NCBI GenBank assembly: GCA_044868145.1
Contig: JBIOWE010000004.1
Span: 333,860 to 397,859 of the forward strand
DNA: 64,000 nucleotides
Reading direction: 5' to 3'
Source: Patescibacteria group bacterium
GTDB taxonomy: Bacteria > Patescibacteriota > Patescibacteriia > UBA10025 > JBIOWE01
Part shown: positions 24,301 to 33,763 of the stretch, piece by piece
How the letters are laid out: every line of letters begins with the position of its first letter
Position numbering within the stretch: the stretch's first letter is position 1
Made by a program: the position numbers and the translations under genes
The notes under the pieces: model-generated
Told to the model about the DNA's origin: nothing
Database searches by the model: none
The model's input: the letters and a program-made list of their open reading frames with translations, nothing else

Positions 24301-27300
24301 TATCAGTGGCCGAATTGCGTTGACGGACAAACGTTTGATGAAAACGGCGACGGTATATCCGAAACCCACGATGCGGCAACGTGTCCATTGAACCAGGTTG
24401 GGGTAAATCCAGATTGTACGCAGTTTTATGACGATATCGGCAACACCTACACAGTGCTCAAGTCAAGAATCGCCTACGCAGATGCGAACTGCCACCCATA
24501 CAGGAACACTATAGACGGACAGGCAGTGACGTACCATCTTATTCCTGGCCAGGGCATTCAGTGCTCGGCCCAGTATGCGGGCTGTCGCGAGTACAAAGGC
24601 AACGCCGGAACGAACATCCGCACACTTATTTCATCCGACTTTGAGTCCGGCTCCATTAATCCGTGGGCGTCTGATGCGCCGGGGAACTTGAACCCCAGCA
24701 CGGAATCAGTGCAAGTGGGCGGGCACTCCATGCTCGTGTTGACAACCGCCTCGACGAATGTGGAGACGCTCATAACGCAAGGGAAATCGTATCTCATTTC
24801 ATTCTGGGCAAAATCAGACAGCGCGGATACGATTGTGCGCGTTGGCTTTACGAATCCGAATATCGTTTTCCCGGGTCAGGCAGCCGTGAAAGTCCAGGAT
24901 TGGAACCGCTATCAAATGGGTCCGGTATTTTTGAACCAGCCAGTAACCGCGGGCGCGAAGCTTTCCATTTTCTCGGCTGGCGATGCATTCTTTGTTGATA
25001 ATATCATCGTCCAGGAAGTGGTCGATAATATTTATATGATCAAGGGTTCCTACCAAGAATGCGCCGGCTATGAAAACTGCGATGCGTACCGCGACCGCGA
25101 CAACCAAACCCATTACCTGAAATCCTTCTCGAATTTGTGCGCGTCCGATAAAGTCGGCTGCGAAGCAATGATTGACACGAAAAATTCAAGCTCGGCGTTC
25201 AGCGAACAGTTTACGGCGAATCCGGAGCGCGGGGATATGAATGGCGATGGCAAGTACACGTTCGAAGACGGTGAGTACATTATGAATTACATATTTAATC
25301 GGGATGGGCCAAAACCGTATCCAGTACTGCTTGCGGATGTAAACGGTTCTGGCACGATCTCGCTTAGCGACCAAATCTATCTTGTGAATTATATTAATGG
25401 AAACGGCCCCGCACCCGTGCCCTACAATGCGACAAAGCGAACAATCCCTGACGATAGCTACGTGTACATGGTCAATGACCCTGCAAAATACTGCGATGCC
25501 CAAGAAAAAGGCTGTTCAAGACTGGGGACCGTTAACTTTAATTTGAACAATCAGGTTTCCGGATACGCTGATACGTACCTCATCAATAATCCCGATACCT
25601 ATGGTCAGACGCTGTGCAAGTCCTCCGAGCAGAGTTGCGCCGCATTCAACACGGGCAGCGGTACGTCATACTTTAAAGATCCCAAGCGTCAATGTGAATA
25701 TCGAGATGTTGGTGCCGGCCGAACCGGCTGGTACAGAGTAGGGAGTGCGTCATTGACGCCGGATTGTCCGGTCGCGACTGGTTTTTGTTTCGGCGGCGCA
25801 AACGCAGGCGCTGCGTGTGACATCGATAGTGATTGCGGAAGCAACATATGCAAATCTTCTTCGGAAGGCCTTTCTCAGCCGACGAACGGGTGGGTCGGAA
25901 TCTGCCCGGCGGGCCAATCCGGTTGCCAGGAATACAGCGACCCGACGGAATCGCTCGATGCCTCCGTTGGGCAGTGCAAGGTGAATTTGAATACTGGGAC
26001 ATACGAAACGGTGTGTACCGCGGGCGACGGAGCTGGAACGACTAATTGCGATCCGAGCAATCCTGCGCCAGTCTGCGATCCGGATGCTGATGGTGTGAAT
26101 GGCGTCTGCAGCGTCAGCGCAGTGTCTTGCAAACCATATTACTACGTTAATCAAAGCATTGACACCTCATCTTGCTTCGGAACCGTGGACCCGCGTATCG
26201 GGTGCCGTCTGTTCTATGATAGCTCGCAAGGCGCAGCAACGTATGACAGCAGGGCGACCTATACAGAGGTAGATCGCATCAAGCAGCCAACAGCGCCAGT
26301 CACCTGCGCCGATCCAAACAATTGCGATTCAAACCTTATCGTCAAAGTCCGGAACGATCGGGAATGCGGTAAATGGCTCGAATGCGCGACGTCGACTAGA
26401 GTAACGAATACCCGTGGAGAGGTGGAAGAGCTCTGTTTCGATATTAAGGCGTGCAATAAGATTGATCCGAAAACAGGCGCATGCATAGGTACGCGTGCGT
26501 GCTCAAATGATTCGACAAAGAGTTGTACGACCAACGCGGACTGCACGGGAGGTGGAACCTGTGTAGAGCTTGATATTCAGAATTCTAACATTACGCCGCA
26601 CGCCTCAACAAACGTTGATGTCATTAAAAATTCGTCCGGTATTGTTAAGGCAGGCGTGAACTGGGGTTGCTCTAACGATCCTGCCATTGTATGTAAAATA
26701 GATGCGGACTGCGGCTTGGGTAATAAGTGTCAAATCATCAGCGGATTTTACCCCGTGCGCGCCATGACCGAGATTGGGTTAGGAGGCGCTAGCGACGTTG
26801 ATCTTGTAGCCACCGGCGACATGGGGGATATTGATCTGAACGAAGGGTACAAGAAAACGTTTCCAGCCGGTTGGGAACGATCAGGGGCGGACCTCACGCG
26901 GGTGATTGAAGAGGCCTTGGACGGGACGCCGGATCGAGCAAAGATTGACGAAAATAACGTGTTGGTGGTGGACACGAACAGCACCGTCGCCGGGGAAGGC
27001 GTGCAATACCAGCTAACCGGTGTTGGTTCGGCGGAATACGTGGTTTCGCTCAATGCTCGATTCGATGCAACCCCTGAACCGGACGACATGATCGCCGTGA
27101 AGCTTGGCTATTTTAATTCGCTAGGCGTGCTTATTGGTTCGCAATTGATTGGGGACCGTATTCAGCCGACCACCTCATGGGCAAAGTTCGTGTTCGGTCC
27201 TTTGACGCCGAATATTCCCGCGAGCACGGACTCGGTAAAACTGCAGATTGTGCAGGAATCAGCCTCAGGAGGAGACGTGCAAAACGGCATAACGTTTTAT

Positions 27301-29271
27301 CTGGATAACGTTTCCATGAAACCAACGCTCGAAGTGCAAAGCGATCCGCCGAACCCTTCCAATAAGTTAACGCGGACGTGCCGCATGTACCCGCGCTCGG
27401 ATTCAACCCTCTGTCGGTACATTGATAGTAATGGAGCGGAATACAAAGGGTGGTTCGGCTATTGTATTGAACAAGACCCGAAGAATCCGAGCCAATGCAT
27501 TACCTGGTGGCCCGTTGATATTATCGCCGGAGAGTCGAACGTGTTCGGTGCCGGCGTAAAAGCCGGGTATGCGGATCGTGCTCCCTTATATATGTGCGTG
27601 GATTCAAGAGGCAATTATAACCGCGCCGGCAACAAGTATATAATCACAGCTAATGCATATTCCATGTTTTATCTTGACGGCGACTCGTGCGGTAATTCTT
27701 CCGGGGTTGGAAGTTGCGGTCCGACTGCCACGGATATCTACGGTCGGAGTTATTCATATAATTGTAAAGTCAATGGTGCAGGGTTTACATTCGGCGGATG
27801 TGTGCGTAATGCGAGCGGAGGCGGACAAGCGAATTATCGCTATTGGAATATTCCTTCGGCAGGGCAACCAGAATATGGTCTTTTTGATTACGAAATCGAA
27901 CGTGTACTAGGCAGAAAAGTGTCAAATCGCGGTGAATATCCGAACTCCTTCGTCTTAACTGCCAACGATGCCACCACTGACCCAGACCCGGACTTTGTTG
28001 GCCTGCAAGGTAACCTTCCGCTTAACGGTTCCGCATGGGTGTTTAAGTGTTCTCACACCGATGCAGTTTGCGGCGGGCAAGATTTACGCGTTGCCCTAGT
28101 ATTCGACGGTCAGCATCGCTTAATTCGCTACTATGTCTACCTGGATGACTGGACGGGAAGCGAAAACGAAGCCGGAGCGTTCACTCTTGATTTTTATCTC
28201 CGTGAGCAGTGCGAAGCGCTCGCGCAAGTGGTAAAGTCCGGCGGCGATAACGTTGCTTGGGCTGGCAGGTCCTCTTCAGGGTCGCCGTATACCGCTCAAG
28301 ATTTGCAATATAATTATCTGACTGATTTTGCACCATTCGGCGGTGTGCTACAACCAAAGCCGGAAGGCAGCACGCCGGATAGTTGGGCAGTCCCTGTCTA
28401 CGCGGAGCAACGCCAAAATCCGCGAGATACTTCGACGGCTCGGGCGGGCAGCGCCTATGCGTGCGATAATGGTAACTGCAGCACGCGCATGTGCAGTAAT
28501 AGCAGCACGAACGATTGTTCGGACGATAATAAGATTAACACGTGCTTGAAAGGCCAGGATGGTGTGGTGAATACGGCGGATGATGGCTACTGTATTGGAC
28601 TTGGTCCATACCCGCCTGGCGGCACGGGCGGCGGCGTGTGGGCGAGCGGCAAAACCATTGCCCTGGGCATTGATCGCCTCAAGCGTCTATTCGCCGACGT
28701 ATACGTAAGTTGGGCATGGGACTATGCGCAGGGAAAATACGTTATTCAGCAGCCGATTATCAATGCATGGCAGGCTAGCTTTGACGGGATGAGTGAATGT
28801 CCCGGAGCACGCCCGGGTTACCCCAACGATTACTGCGGCATTCGGCCGCAAGCCGGCAACTTACGCATTGTTGCGGGCGGCTCTTCGTATAAATCCGGAG
28901 ATATTACGATCCAGAGCGGTGACACAATACAACTAACATTCACGAGTACGGCAGATCGCGAGCAACTACCGTTGCAGCGCATTCGCATCGATTGGCAGGG
29001 GAATGGCTTTAATACAAATCCCAACGATGGCGATGTTGATGAACCGTGGGGCTTTGCACCCAAAGGCGACCCCGCGAACCCGCATTGGTATAACCACACG
29101 TATACTTCCATTGACGCGGCCACCTGTCCGGGCACCGGCTGCAAGCCGACAATTCAACTAATCGACAACTGGGGTTGGTGCAGTGGTGGATCCGGTGTGG
29201 ACAGGCGGAACGTTCCGGACGGAGTATGTACGTCCGTTGACACCTATCCGGATGATATTATTGTCCAGTAG
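21391..29271 (+). CDS. giant (2626-aa) cysteine-rich extracellular protein with an N-terminal TM anchor and a dockerin-type Ca-binding repeat pair
   Basis: Single long ORF with N-terminal TM RFIAGFILVSILFIIGGTVFLY and more than 100 Cys in recurring C-x-C / CxxC contexts. A dockerin-like tandem (DMNGDGKYTFEDGEYIMNYIFNRDG...ADVNGSGTISLSDQIYLVNYINGNG) lies at about 25234-25410, with Gly-rich C-terminal stretches. The stop is 5 nt before the VirB6-like gene. Confidence 0.7.
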   Translation: MFSKEKKTKRTIRFIAGFILVSILFIIGGTVFLYTRSAQAQFGIPGVPQPTIVVEDVPAKVLNAINKAIKTAADVAFKNVLRQFLNKIAYDAAVYVASGGKGQKPLFLTNPGQLLEKTADNAYGEYLDNLSKQVWGKSLCDQPPFIKARLDVWARQVKDPKITQATCPVSAAVANIQRSTHEQLVDFSKKFNPQASEFGAYLSIISGAEQFSSKQVESTKFVKQLEGEFESVKSTITGAVKTPARTVGDALSSIVPESIKPYATYTGTAIADAIGVFTNTLTSKLIERIFKKGFNPEADTSFREFVGTSSSGVAAARTLFASLNQPDFNVGGSQDILNILASCPPTPAYNNCIIDEKFRIAIEQELTVGEALQQGLLDSSKIFGFDAQGREPTFRNGYPYRSLLVLRHYRIIPAGWELAAGYIQKFEPGNYTLGGLVAQYEQKEKSPGQPNPFYHLIDPNWVLKAPELFCRRQGAGEQVTNEQFSPTFNLDDPNNQISTRQVQRADYCADEQTCLFENEDGSCKRFGYCVEEKPIWRFQGTQCASQFSTCQAFQKQDGTSVAYVQNTIDYNSCNANNAGCQIYCTEFNTSTNQWQCDTGDNLSTGESNIISFNGQVQSCNATAAGCSEFIRTKDGLGTNILANGSFEKFSGTINDQTKDTVDQWGLADVSSEAFSGLAAAQIVPNDSIVSVPLATGFAVGGRTFTLSFHGKRISGDCSSGNTYSLETQGAPSPELSTSFTYFDSWTRYAGTITFPVGTPATNLVVRVGNNATCTSVVDAVQLEEGSQPSDYKDYGSVNKLYLNGQRISCSDEEVGCEQYTSVTTGESIPGKVTNPQICDPNDPSSCDQCPVQYLGCKAYREMPITNTPQRPGQDIISFIASTGQACPASAVGCEEYTNLDEVAGGGEGLEYYSLIRQCVKDDAPNIGTYYTWVGSDEFGYQLKKFELKKSNLGGAPCTNLGIDNPSLPGQYQWPNCVDGQTFDENGDGISETHDAATCPLNQVGVNPDCTQFYDDIGNTYTVLKSRIAYADANCHPYRNTIDGQAVTYHLIPGQGIQCSAQYAGCREYKGNAGTNIRTLISSDFESGSINPWASDAPGNLNPSTESVQVGGHSMLVLTTASTNVETLITQGKSYLISFWAKSDSADTIVRVGFTNPNIVFPGQAAVKVQDWNRYQMGPVFLNQPVTAGAKLSIFSAGDAFFVDNIIVQEVVDNIYMIKGSYQECAGYENCDAYRDRDNQTHYLKSFSNLCASDKVGCEAMIDTKNSSSAFSEQFTANPERGDMNGDGKYTFEDGEYIMNYIFNRDGPKPYPVLLADVNGSGTISLSDQIYLVNYINGNGPAPVPYNATKRTIPDDSYVYMVNDPAKYCDAQEKGCSRLGTVNFNLNNQVSGYADTYLINNPDTYGQTLCKSSEQSCAAFNTGSGTSYFKDPKRQCEYRDVGAGRTGWYRVGSASLTPDCPVATGFCFGGANAGAACDIDSDCGSNICKSSSEGLSQPTNGWVGICPAGQSGCQEYSDPTESLDASVGQCKVNLNTGTYETVCTAGDGAGTTNCDPSNPAPVCDPDADGVNGVCSVSAVSCKPYYYVNQSIDTSSCFGTVDPRIGCRLFYDSSQGAATYDSRATYTEVDRIKQPTAPVTCADPNNCDSNLIVKVRNDRECGKWLECATSTRVTNTRGEVEELCFDIKACNKIDPKTGACIGTRACSNDSTKSCTTNADCTGGGTCVELDIQNSNITPHASTNVDVIKNSSGIVKAGVNWGCSNDPAIVCKIDADCGLGNKCQIISGFYPVRAMTEIGLGGASDVDLVATGDMGDIDLNEGYKKTFPAGWERSGADLTRVIEEALDGTPDRAKIDENNVLVVDTNSTVAGEGVQYQLTGVGSAEYVVSLNARFDATPEPDDMIAVKLGYFNSLGVLIGSQLIGDRIQPTTSWAKFVFGPLTPNIPASTDSVKLQIVQESASGGDVQNGITFYLDNVSMKPTLEVQSDPPNPSNKLTRTCRMYPRSDSTLCRYIDSNGAEYKGWFGYCIEQDPKNPSQCITWWPVDIIAGESNVFGAGVKAGYADRAPLYMCVDSRGNYNRAGNKYIITANAYSMFYLDGDSCGNSSGVGSCGPTATDIYGRSYSYNCKVNGAGFTFGGCVRNASGGGQANYRYWNIPSAGQPEYGLFDYEIERVLGRKVSNRGEYPNSFVLTANDATTDPDPDFVGLQGNLPLNGSAWVFKCSHTDAVCGGQDLRVALVFDGQHRLIRYYVYLDDWTGSENEAGAFTLDFYLREQCEALAQVVKSGGDNVAWAGRSSSGSPYTAQDLQYNYLTDFAPFGGVLQPKPEGSTPDSWAVPVYAEQRQNPRDTSTARAGSAYACDNGNCSTRMCSNSSTNDCSDDNKINTCLKGQDGVVNTADDGYCIGLGPYPPGGTGGGVWASGKTIALGIDRLKRLFADVYVSWAWDYAQGKYVIQQPIINAWQASFDGMSECPGARPGYPNDYCGIRPQAGNLRIVAGGSSYKSGDITIQSGDTIQLTFTSTADREQLPLQRIRIDWQGNGFNTNPNDGDVDEPWGFAPKGDPANPHWYNHTYTSIDAATCPGTGCKPTIQLIDNWGWCSGGSGVDRRNVPDGVCTSVDTYPDDIIVQ

Positions 29272-29275
29272 CGCG

Positions 29276-32053
29276 ATGAAATCGCTCGCAGGCATATTCG
29301 CTTCTCTGAATCCACGCGGCCAAACTTTGCGCCGCGGTATGGTTTTATTGGCCGGCGTTGCTGTCGCGGGAGGCCTCCTGCTCGTTACCACGCAGCCAGC
29401 GCATGCCTCTATTTTGGGAGACGTTGGCGATAAAATCGCCGGATGGATTGCCGGCATTCTTTTTGCCATAGCCACTGTTCTCGGCAAGCTCTTGCTTGTG
29501 GCGATAGAGTTGTTGTTGGCTATTGTGACCTATAATAATTTTACGGACACGGATGCCGTAGTTCGTGGATGGGTGATTGTACGTGATATTGGCAACATGC
29601 TTTTTGTACTGATTTTGCTGACGATGGCATTTGGTACAATCTTGCGTATTCAAACGTACCGGTGGAGTCGGCTCTTAGGTCGCATCATTATGATGGCGAT
29701 TCTGATCAACTTCTCACGAATGATCGCCGGATTCTTCATTGACATTGCGCAGGTGATCATGCTCACGTTTGTTAACGCGTTTGCCCAAAACGCGGCAGGT
29801 ACGTTTACGAACGTCTGGGGCTTAAACGATCTTCTGTCCTTTCTAGATCAACCGAATCCACCTGCAGGCGTTGAGTTACTCGGCTCGGCTTTTTTTATGA
29901 ATGTGTTGCTCGTCGTCGCCATTGTCGTGATGTTCGTTATGGTACTGGTCTTTCTCATGCGCATTATCATGCTCTGGATTCTGGTGGTTCTTTCGCCCAT
30001 TGCGTACCTGCTCTACGCCTTCCCGGCCGGACAGCGTTATGCAAGTCAGTGGTGGGGCGCGTTTGGCCGGTACGTGGTGATTGGCCCGGTCCTTGCGTTT
30101 TTTATCTGGTTCTCGCTCTATATACTTGGTCAATTTCCTGCAGAAGCTTTGTTGAATAAGCCTAGAGCCAGTGTTTCCGGACAGACCGAAGAGCTTTCCG
30201 CAACAGTTATCAAGGCAGGTAGTTCCACAAATATTTTAAATTTCATTATCGCGACTGCCATGCTTGTTGGCTCATTGATGGTGGCGAGACAGATGGGCGG
30301 AATGGCGGGCGCTGCGGCAAGTACGGCCATCGGTAAACTTCGCGCAGCTGGCGCCGGCGCGATCCGCGCGCCGTTGCGCCTTGGCCGCGCTGCCCTGCGT
30401 GGCGCCGGCCAGGTGACTGCCGGAGGATTTGACGCACTGTCGCGGGCAAGGCCTGTGAGAGAGGGGCTCGCGAGAGTTGGCGCATCAGGCATTCCATTGG
30501 TTCGTGACCTTGCTGCCAGAACCCTTGTCGCTTCCGCACAAAGAGAAAAGTCCTATGAAGAACAGGCTGAACGATACGCCAGATTTGTACCTGACACACG
30601 CGTACGAAGTCGATATGCTAATGCTAGATTTGCCATTACGCCGAAACAACGAGCCATGCAACGGGCCTTTCGTAAGCAATCTCCCAGTACCATTAATAAA
30701 GAAGACGAGTTAATAAAATTTGTTGAAGGAATGGATGATGAAGCACTGCGTAAAGTTAAAGACGCAGAGTGGGCAGCAATCGGTAGGAGAGGAATACGAT
30801 TAGGCGCACTAGGACGCGGAGATACGATCATCCGTAAAGATCGCGATGCGCTTGGCGCGTACAATAGGGGTCGAAGCGAATTTTTTACAGCAAAAGGGTT
30901 ACCAGATGGTCTTGATACAGTGGGGGAGGTAGGCCTAAACCAAAACAACCGACCATTAACGGGTTCGAACCGCTTTGGCAACGTACCGAGTCCGGGAACC
31001 ACATATTACGATCGGGTTATGCGGGAAGGGAAGTCTAAGCATCAATATAGATTGGTAGAAGACGAAGAACGGCCAGCAGCAGCAAAGGCAGCAAAGCGCG
31101 GAGAGGGGAATCTGAGCGTTGGTAAATTTGATACAGGCCAAAGCAATGCTCTTGCCGTAGATTTTGACAAATTAGGACTGGAATTTTTGCGTCCGACTGC
31201 TACCCAAAAGTTTAGCCAGACAAAAGGCATTAATATTGATGATCGTGGAGAGATCAGGCAAGTCGCCTCAAAAATGGTTGGCGTTCTTGATCAGGAAATT
31301 GGTAAATTGCGACAACAAGGGGGTCAAGATCGGCGCATTCAAGAGCTTGAACGTTCCCGCGAACGTTTCAGTAAGCCAGAGTCATTTGATCGATTGAATC
31401 TGCTTAACTCAAGTAGCGAAGGTTACGGTGTGCGTGACTTAATGAAAACGCATGTTCATGAAGACTACCATGCAACAGGTGTCAAAGATGAAGAATCCGT
31501 GACGCGCCTAACCGAGCACACGATGCAAAACAGGATTTATAGTCTACGCAAAGGCATTGGAGGGAGCGTCGCAGCAGGCGAATCGAACGTTAATGACATT
31601 CTTACTAAAGAGCGGGGAAGCTTGCGTGCTGAATTCAGCGCGCGACCAAGAACCCGCATTCGAACGGAAACGCCACCAGTCAGCGAAAATGTTGGGAAAC
31701 AAGTTCAGGAGGCCGCAGACTTTCATGGACAATTAGAACAGATGCCGGTGGAAGAGTTTGCGAAGAATGCCAATGAAATAGCAGAACAAGTAAAGAAATT
31801 ATCAGAAGGCCTGAAACAACTGGGAGGCAAGATTGAGGGAGTGCCTAATGTCAATACTCTTGAGAATCAAGTTCGCACCGGTCAATTTACGCCTGAACAA
31901 TGGAAAATCTTTACGAATGATTTTGGAAAGCTTGCGAAAGCTTTGGAAGAACGAACCTCTGCAACGGGGCAAAAACCAACGCAGCCAAAACCTCCACAGC
32001 CACCTGCAAGCAAACCGCCTGAAGAAGAAATTTTTGAATCACCATTTGCATAG
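29276..32053 (+). CDS. VirB6/TrbL-like polytopic T4SS membrane protein with a long hydrophilic C-terminal tail
   Basis: About 925 aa from the ATG at 29276. The N-terminal 330 aa have 6-7 TM helices arranged as in TrbL/VirB6 (LGKLLLVAIELLLAIVTYNNFTD...NMLFVLILLTMAFGTILR...FFMNVLLVVAIVVMFVMVLVFLM). The tail is charged and coiled-coil-rich, ending in Pro-rich KPTQPKPPQPPASKPP. Confidence 0.55.
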   Translation: MKSLAGIFASLNPRGQTLRRGMVLLAGVAVAGGLLLVTTQPAHASILGDVGDKIAGWIAGILFAIATVLGKLLLVAIELLLAIVTYNNFTDTDAVVRGWVIVRDIGNMLFVLILLTMAFGTILRIQTYRWSRLLGRIIMMAILINFSRMIAGFFIDIAQVIMLTFVNAFAQNAAGTFTNVWGLNDLLSFLDQPNPPAGVELLGSAFFMNVLLVVAIVVMFVMVLVFLMRIIMLWILVVLSPIAYLLYAFPAGQRYASQWWGAFGRYVVIGPVLAFFIWFSLYILGQFPAEALLNKPRASVSGQTEELSATVIKAGSSTNILNFIIATAMLVGSLMVARQMGGMAGAAASTAIGKLRAAGAGAIRAPLRLGRAALRGAGQVTAGGFDALSRARPVREGLARVGASGIPLVRDLAARTLVASAQREKSYEEQAERYARFVPDTRVRSRYANARFAITPKQRAMQRAFRKQSPSTINKEDELIKFVEGMDDEALRKVKDAEWAAIGRRGIRLGALGRGDTIIRKDRDALGAYNRGRSEFFTAKGLPDGLDTVGEVGLNQNNRPLTGSNRFGNVPSPGTTYYDRVMREGKSKHQYRLVEDEERPAAAKAAKRGEGNLSVGKFDTGQSNALAVDFDKLGLEFLRPTATQKFSQTKGINIDDRGEIRQVASKMVGVLDQEIGKLRQQGGQDRRIQELERSRERFSKPESFDRLNLLNSSSEGYGVRDLMKTHVHEDYHATGVKDEESVTRLTEHTMQNRIYSLRKGIGGSVAAGESNVNDILTKERGSLRAEFSARPRTRIRTETPPVSENVGKQVQEAADFHGQLEQMPVEEFAKNANEIAEQVKKLSEGLKQLGGKIEGVPNVNTLENQVRTGQFTPEQWKIFTNDFGKLAKALEERTSATGQKPTQPKPPQPPASKPPEEEIFESPFA

Positions 32054-32055
32054 CC

Positions 32056-33402
32056 ATGGCATACATAGACGACATCGCACAAAAGTATAATGCGTTGCCT
32101 ATGGAAGTACGCACGAAACTGCAAACACAGGACGTTCGGCAGGAAATTTTCGGATTGGAAAGGCGGTACGCCGTGAAGCTGAATTTCTTGCTCATGCTCG
32201 TTTTGACGGGAGAATTGGCGATCGAAGATATTCCCGAATACATGCAAAAACGATTTCAGTTGACGGATGAAGACAGTATCGCTTTTAAAAAGGCGCTCAT
32301 TGCCCGCGTATTGAAAGCATTTCTCGAGCCCGAAGACTTGAAGCAGCTCACGCCGACAAATGAAATGAAAGATATACTGCAAGGCAAGCTTGTGCAAATT
32401 TTTGAGGGTACGGAAGAAGCGAAAGCGGAGTTCAACGAAAAGATGGCGTATGCTCTTGTCGCGGACGACGATGCGGAACCCGATGAACTTGCAAAGCTGT
32501 TATACGCGAATCAAGAACGTCTAACGCAAAAACGCCTAACACTGGAGGACAGGCCGCAAGAGCCTACCATCGCGAACTGGCTCAAGGACTTTATCCTTTT
32601 TGCCGGCGCGATGACGTTCGATAACGTGACGCTGACTCGCTATATGACCACGTCCGCAAACGTCCAAGTACTCGATCCAGGTGAGCGAGAGCGCGTGGCG
32701 AAACTGATGAAATTGTATCGAGCTGTGAAGTTCTATCCTGCTAGTATGCCCAACGACCCGAACGAATGGGAGTTTATTGCGGAAGAGCAGCAGGAAGAGT
32801 TGACAAAAACTCGCCCCGGCGCGGTTTTCACACCCTATTTCCCGTCGGCAGAAAGGATCCCCTCGCTTGGTGAGCGCTTTCGAGCGCACGAAAAAAAGTT
32901 TGAAACGATTCTCAAAAAAGAGGACGAGTTACTTGCGAGCACACAAGGAGACGTCGAGCGTATCAAGCGCGAGCTTGCAAACGCGGCGCGCAGTGGTGAT
33001 GAGGTAACACTTAGCGCGTGCATGCAGCTTCTCGCCCGCGCGGGCATGCTCATGACCATTCTGAAGCAACAACCCGCATGGCTTGATGCGACGCTTGCAT
33101 CAGTTCGTAGAAAATACGAATCGACGATTGGTAAAGTAGCCCTGGATCAACTTATTGAGAACGCAAAAATCAACCCGGTTTCCTTGCCGCTTCTTTCAGA
33201 ATTCCTTCAATATCTCTTGAAAGAGCGCGGCAAGATGAGTGAAAGCGAATCTGCGCTCGTCGGCGTGCATATTGGCCAAACCGTGCAAGGGGAAAAACAA
33301 ACCCTGGCGTTCGGGAACGAAGCAACGGGTGAATTTGAATGGGTGAAGAACCGCGTCGAGGGCGGCACGTTGGTGAGCGAGCTGACGCAAAACCCGTCAT
33401 AG
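32056..33402 (+). CDS. hypothetical protein (448 aa), last gene of the first T4SS-like operon
   Basis: Soluble, helical, no recognisable motif. Its start is 3 nt after the VirB6-like stop. Confidence 0.4.
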   Translation: MAYIDDIAQKYNALPMEVRTKLQTQDVRQEIFGLERRYAVKLNFLLMLVLTGELAIEDIPEYMQKRFQLTDEDSIAFKKALIARVLKAFLEPEDLKQLTPTNEMKDILQGKLVQIFEGTEEAKAEFNEKMAYALVADDDAEPDELAKLLYANQERLTQKRLTLEDRPQEPTIANWLKDFILFAGAMTFDNVTLTRYMTTSANVQVLDPGERERVAKLMKLYRAVKFYPASMPNDPNEWEFIAEEQQEELTKTRPGAVFTPYFPSAERIPSLGERFRAHEKKFETILKKEDELLASTQGDVERIKRELANAARSGDEVTLSACMQLLARAGMLMTILKQQPAWLDATLASVRRKYESTIGKVALDQLIENAKINPVSLPLLSEFLQYLLKERGKMSESESALVGVHIGQTVQGEKQTLAFGNEATGEFEWVKNRVEGGTLVSELTQNPS

Positions 33403-33686
33403 GATATTCTTTAGACAGAAAAAGCCCTTCCCACCGAGGGTTTTTGTTTTTATAGTTATCATCGCCCCTCCGGGAGTGTACGCGCCTGTACAAGGTTCGC
33501 AGGACTCCCCTCCTTACCAAGGAGGGGAAGAACGGACGACACAGGCTTCGACCCAAGATAGTTTCTCAAGGGGAGGTCCGAGGGGCAGTCCAAAACCATA
33601 TGACGACCCTCTTTAATAGAAAGTTATTACCTTAAAACGCGGCCTTTTCGCATTAAAAAATGCTCCTTACGGCAATAAATCCCGGT

Positions 33687-33715
33687 TTGATTTTTTTGGC
33701 AACTTCTGATATAAT
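33687..33715 (+). promoter_or_regulatory. sigma70-like promoter (TTGATT-17-TATAAT) for the second T4SS-like operon
   Basis: ttgatt at 33687-33692 and tataat at 33710-33715. A 13-bp tandem duplication, tttcatggttgaa x2, follows at 33739-33766. Confidence 0.4.
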
Positions 33716-33763
33716 AAACTCCGCAGCACGTGGTAAAAAAGCACTATTTCATGGTTGAATTTC

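Noticed and set aside
33403-33686. GC-rich structured intergenic region after the first T4SS-like operon, as a possible ncRNA or REP
   Set aside because: It contains strong hairpins (cccctcctt-acc-aaggagggg) and an imperfect long palindrome. It does not match the other repeat families and no recognisable RNA family motif was found. It is most simply operon-end terminator or attenuator structure.
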